DNA from: Dimargaris cristalligena
Taxonomy: Eukaryota
Direction of reading: 5' to 3'
DNA length: 36,439 nucleotides
Assembly (NCBI GenBank): GCA_003614675.1
Contig: ML002374.1
Coordinates: forward strand, 1-36,439
Shown: piece after piece, positions 33,813 through 36,439 of the stretch
How the letters are laid out: the number at the start of each line of letters is the position of its first letter
Numbering within the stretch: the first letter of the stretch is position 1
Program-made: the position numbers and the translations under genes
Notes under the pieces: generated by a model
Seen by the model: only the letters and a program-made list of their open reading frames with translations
Told to the model about the DNA's origin: nothing
Database searches by the model: none

Positions 33813-34637
33813 ATGATTCGGACCTACCGCATTCAAACTGGGCTATTCAGCCCCTCCACGGTAACCCTACACCTCGACCGAGCCCTTCCAGGCCTCCTGG
33901 TGCTAGCGTCAAGCGGCCCTTCCCGCCAGCGCCAGCATTCCTTTTCGCAATCCTCCGCCCGCCTCAACTCCGTGGACTCTGCCTACTTAACCGAGGGAAG
34001 GTCGCGTGCCCAATCCCACAGCCACGACGCCCCCAGGGGTCTCGCCAGTAATTCTTCCTCCTCCTACGCCGGAGACAGCCCCACATCGAGCCAGGCCTCC
34101 AAAGATTCCAGCGACTCACAACTGTCCACCACCCTGGAGGCGGCCCCTGAACTGGCCTCCTGGCGCAAATCGAGCGTGGCCCTTCCCCAGGGTCGCCGGG
34201 TGATTCTACATAGCCTAGCGACCGGCCAGGTCCTCTGGGAAACCGATGTGGTGGTCCCGGACCCGACCAGTTTCGTGGGGCAGGGTCACGGTATCAAACT
34301 GGAACTGCGTCAGCCGAAAGTGCCGGGTGCCCGCTCCATTACCCTGCGGCTCCGGGTGGAGTTCTGCCTGGCGACGGCGTCGTTCCAGTTAAACGGCCAC
34401 AAACTCCGGTGGACTTTGCTGAGCAACGCCCTGGGCGTCGGGGACGGGGCCTTTATCTGCATGGATACCGTGGCCCGGCAGCCGGTGGCGCGGCTCGAGT
34501 ATTCCCCGCTCAAACTCTTCCGACAGTCCGGGCGCTTCTCCATTCAAGACCAGGGCCAGTCCGGGGCCGACTCACTTATTGTCTTCACCCTCCTGGTCGC
34601 CCTGGAGTTTTGTCGCCAATGCGGCCTGGCCCTCTAA
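33813..34637 (+). CDS. Hypothetical protein, DUF6593/LURP-one (tubby C-terminal-like) resemblance, intronless, 274 aa
   Basis: First ATG at 33813 in GCCATG context, inside ORF 33747-34637, with GC3-rich codons and a Ser-rich insert. The C-terminal pattern F.LNG..LRW...F.C.D....PVARL......G.FSI......D.LIVFTLLV.LE resembles fungal DUF6593-type proteins. The family call is tentative. Confidence 0.7.
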   Translation: MIRTYRIQTGLFSPSTVTLHLDRALPGLLVLASSGPSRQRQHSFSQSSARLNSVDSAYLTEGRSRAQSHSHDAPRGLASNSSSSYAGDSPTSSQASKDSSDSQLSTTLEAAPELASWRKSSVALPQGRRVILHSLATGQVLWETDVVVPDPTSFVGQGHGIKLELRQPKVPGARSITLRLRVEFCLATASFQLNGHKLRWTLLSNALGVGDGAFICMDTVARQPVARLEYSPLKLFRQSGRFSIQDQGQSGADSLIVFTLLVALEFCRQCGLAL

Positions 34638-35669
34638 AGAGAGGGGTGCCCTCTCCCCGCACTATTTGCTATTTTATACTACCTCATCTCTCTGTATATG
34701 CTCTAGTTGCCCTTGCTTATTTAGTCTAGCTAAACGACCCTTTTCTTCTTGCATGTTACATTATCCGGGCGCATATACCCGGCCGGTCCATAACCACCTT
34801 CCCGTGGCTCTGTGGCTATTTAATTGTAGATATCTCCTCCTCATGCTGTTTGCAATATCTTCATTTGGCATGGCATTGGCTTTGCACAATCATCTTCACG
34901 TACTCCACCCCTCGCTCTTACCCCTTATATATATATCCGACCCCCCCCCTCTTTGTAATGTATAATAATAATACACATATACTCGTACACCCACTAGAGC
35001 CTGGTTTGGCGCCAACAATAAGTTCACTAATACCTGGGTTGATAGGCAAAGGTCTCTGTATCTATTGAACTCCCGTATCTGCGGCTAATTGAGCCAACTA
35101 ATAAGGAGCTGCTGGGACTAAATTTTCGAAACGCTCGAGTGGATGATGGGACTAGTGTGGTATGCAGCTGCGCTACAGTAAACAGACGCAGCCACTAATG
35201 GCGCTTAATCCCAAATGAATGCATTTCTCAAAATATACCGCTTTACCTTGTTTAGCAAAGAAAGGCATGGTGTTATTGGCCCTGCTGTTTTCAAGACCTT
35301 GGCCCACGTAGGTTTCTAGCTTAAGCCCCACGCCTGCTCGTTTGCCTGCATCTGTCAAGTTATTTGAATTCCTTAATCCTCCAGTCTCGTTCACCCACCT
35401 TTGTGAATGCCGCAGTCGGCCCGTAAAACCTCCTCCATTGGCTACTCCATTCGTTTAACTCCTCGTCCACCACAACAGCCCCCCGATCTCCCGGTGTTTG
35501 TCCGTTTGCCCTAGACCACCAGCAGCTACTTCGTGAACCCCCTCTTTTGTACCCCGCTACTTGGCGTACCTCATACATCGGCTATTTCCGTAAGGGATTT
35601 GCTTACCACTGCCAGTTCGCCCCGTGTTGTGTTCAAAAACCCTCTCTCAACCCAGGCCCCTCTGCTACC

Positions 35670-36438
35670 ATGTTTGACAGCGCGCTCCCTGTCAAACCCA
35701 AGCTAAGTTTATCTTCTCGGAAACGCCGCCTTGAACACACCGAACAACTTGTAGTAGACACGCCCGACTCCTCCCCAAAGTCCCTCTCCTCTTATGAGAT
35801 TGATGAATTAGCCCAATTATTCGATGAATTTATCGACGAATCGGGCCCGTACAAAAAGAATCGACTGGTAAGTGGTTTACACTATACCAACAATGGTTGC
35901 ACACCTGCCTGTCTTTGCCAGCGCTAGTGCCTTCCCTGTCTGGATCGGAGAGACCATAAATCCAATAACCTATAAGCCCATCCATTATCTTTATCTCTAC
36001 ATGGCCAATTTTCCTGGCCCCACTCTCCATTAGATTCCCGAAACAAGCGAGTCGATCGTTGCAATTCCCAATGCATCACCTCCTCGTATATTGCCCCCAT
36101 CAACCGCTTCAGCCACACCTAACAGCACCCGTCCGGCGACTAAATCCAACCCTGACACGTCAATACCACTCACCAAGGCCACCATTGAAATCGACGGTTC
36201 TCCTCATGCCCACCAGCCATCCCCTCCCCCTATTCCCCGCGCCCCTCCACCTAAAGTGCCCCGCAAGTTAGGTAGTCTAGAAAACGTATTTACCGAGGAC
36301 CAAGTTCGATCATGGTCCGCCGCCCGAATCCACGCCTGGAATATTCGACACACCAACCCAGAGGCCTATTATTACCGTTTTGTGGACCCAACCGAAGGGC
36401 AATTCAACGGAGGGTTCAAGCGATCGGACCATGATTAA
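35670..36438 (+). CDS. Myb/SANT-like domain protein of the NPxAYYYRF type, 2 exons; apparently truncated at TAA 36436-36438 or the window edge
   Basis: Exon 35670-35867 (MFDSALPVKPK...SRKRRL NLS-like; donor GTAAGT) plus an exon from 36034 (after TAG, in frame with ORF 36091). The motif WSAARIHAW..RHTNPEAYYYRFVDPTEGQFNGGF recalls the lead-in to a Myb-like repeat that I recognise from early-diverging fungal and protist proteins. Confidence 0.6.
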
Positions 36439-36439
36439 T

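Noticed and set aside
7566..34637. Genome-wide UAA-to-sense reassignment
   Set aside because: RPS24 ends at TAA in its conserved position, and the deacetylase and DUF6593-like genes also end in TAA. Thousands of other codons contain no internal TAA, so only a rare or site-specific event remains possible.

Overview
Eukaryotic, intron-containing genomic DNA, most consistent with an early-diverging (non-Dikarya) fungus. The basis is a fungal-type Rif1 motif order, a secreted CE4 chitin deacetylase, and an animal-like cullin-2; the taxonomy is inference. I reconstructed 12 protein-coding genes by hand-splicing, with GT-AG sites and consistent exon phases. Minus strand: partial Est1/SMG5-7-family gene, MRPS5, BET2 (8 exons), RPS24, PAC3, CUL2, RIF1 (6 exons), a USP8/Doa4-type deubiquitinase and a signal-peptide + F-box orphan. 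Plus strand: CE4 deacetylase, a DUF6593/LURP-like orphan and a Myb-like gene at the right edge. I saw no tRNA, rRNA, CRISPR array or transposon. Most notable: (1) an in-frame TAA inside the conserved C-terminus of MRPS5, and possibly a second one in the Myb-like gene; (2) an apparently secreted F-box protein, a candidate effector acting on host SCF ligases; (3) a true CUL2-like cullin; (4) an unusual intron architecture, with all 20 introns 132-412 nt long, distal branch points and long AG-free zones.
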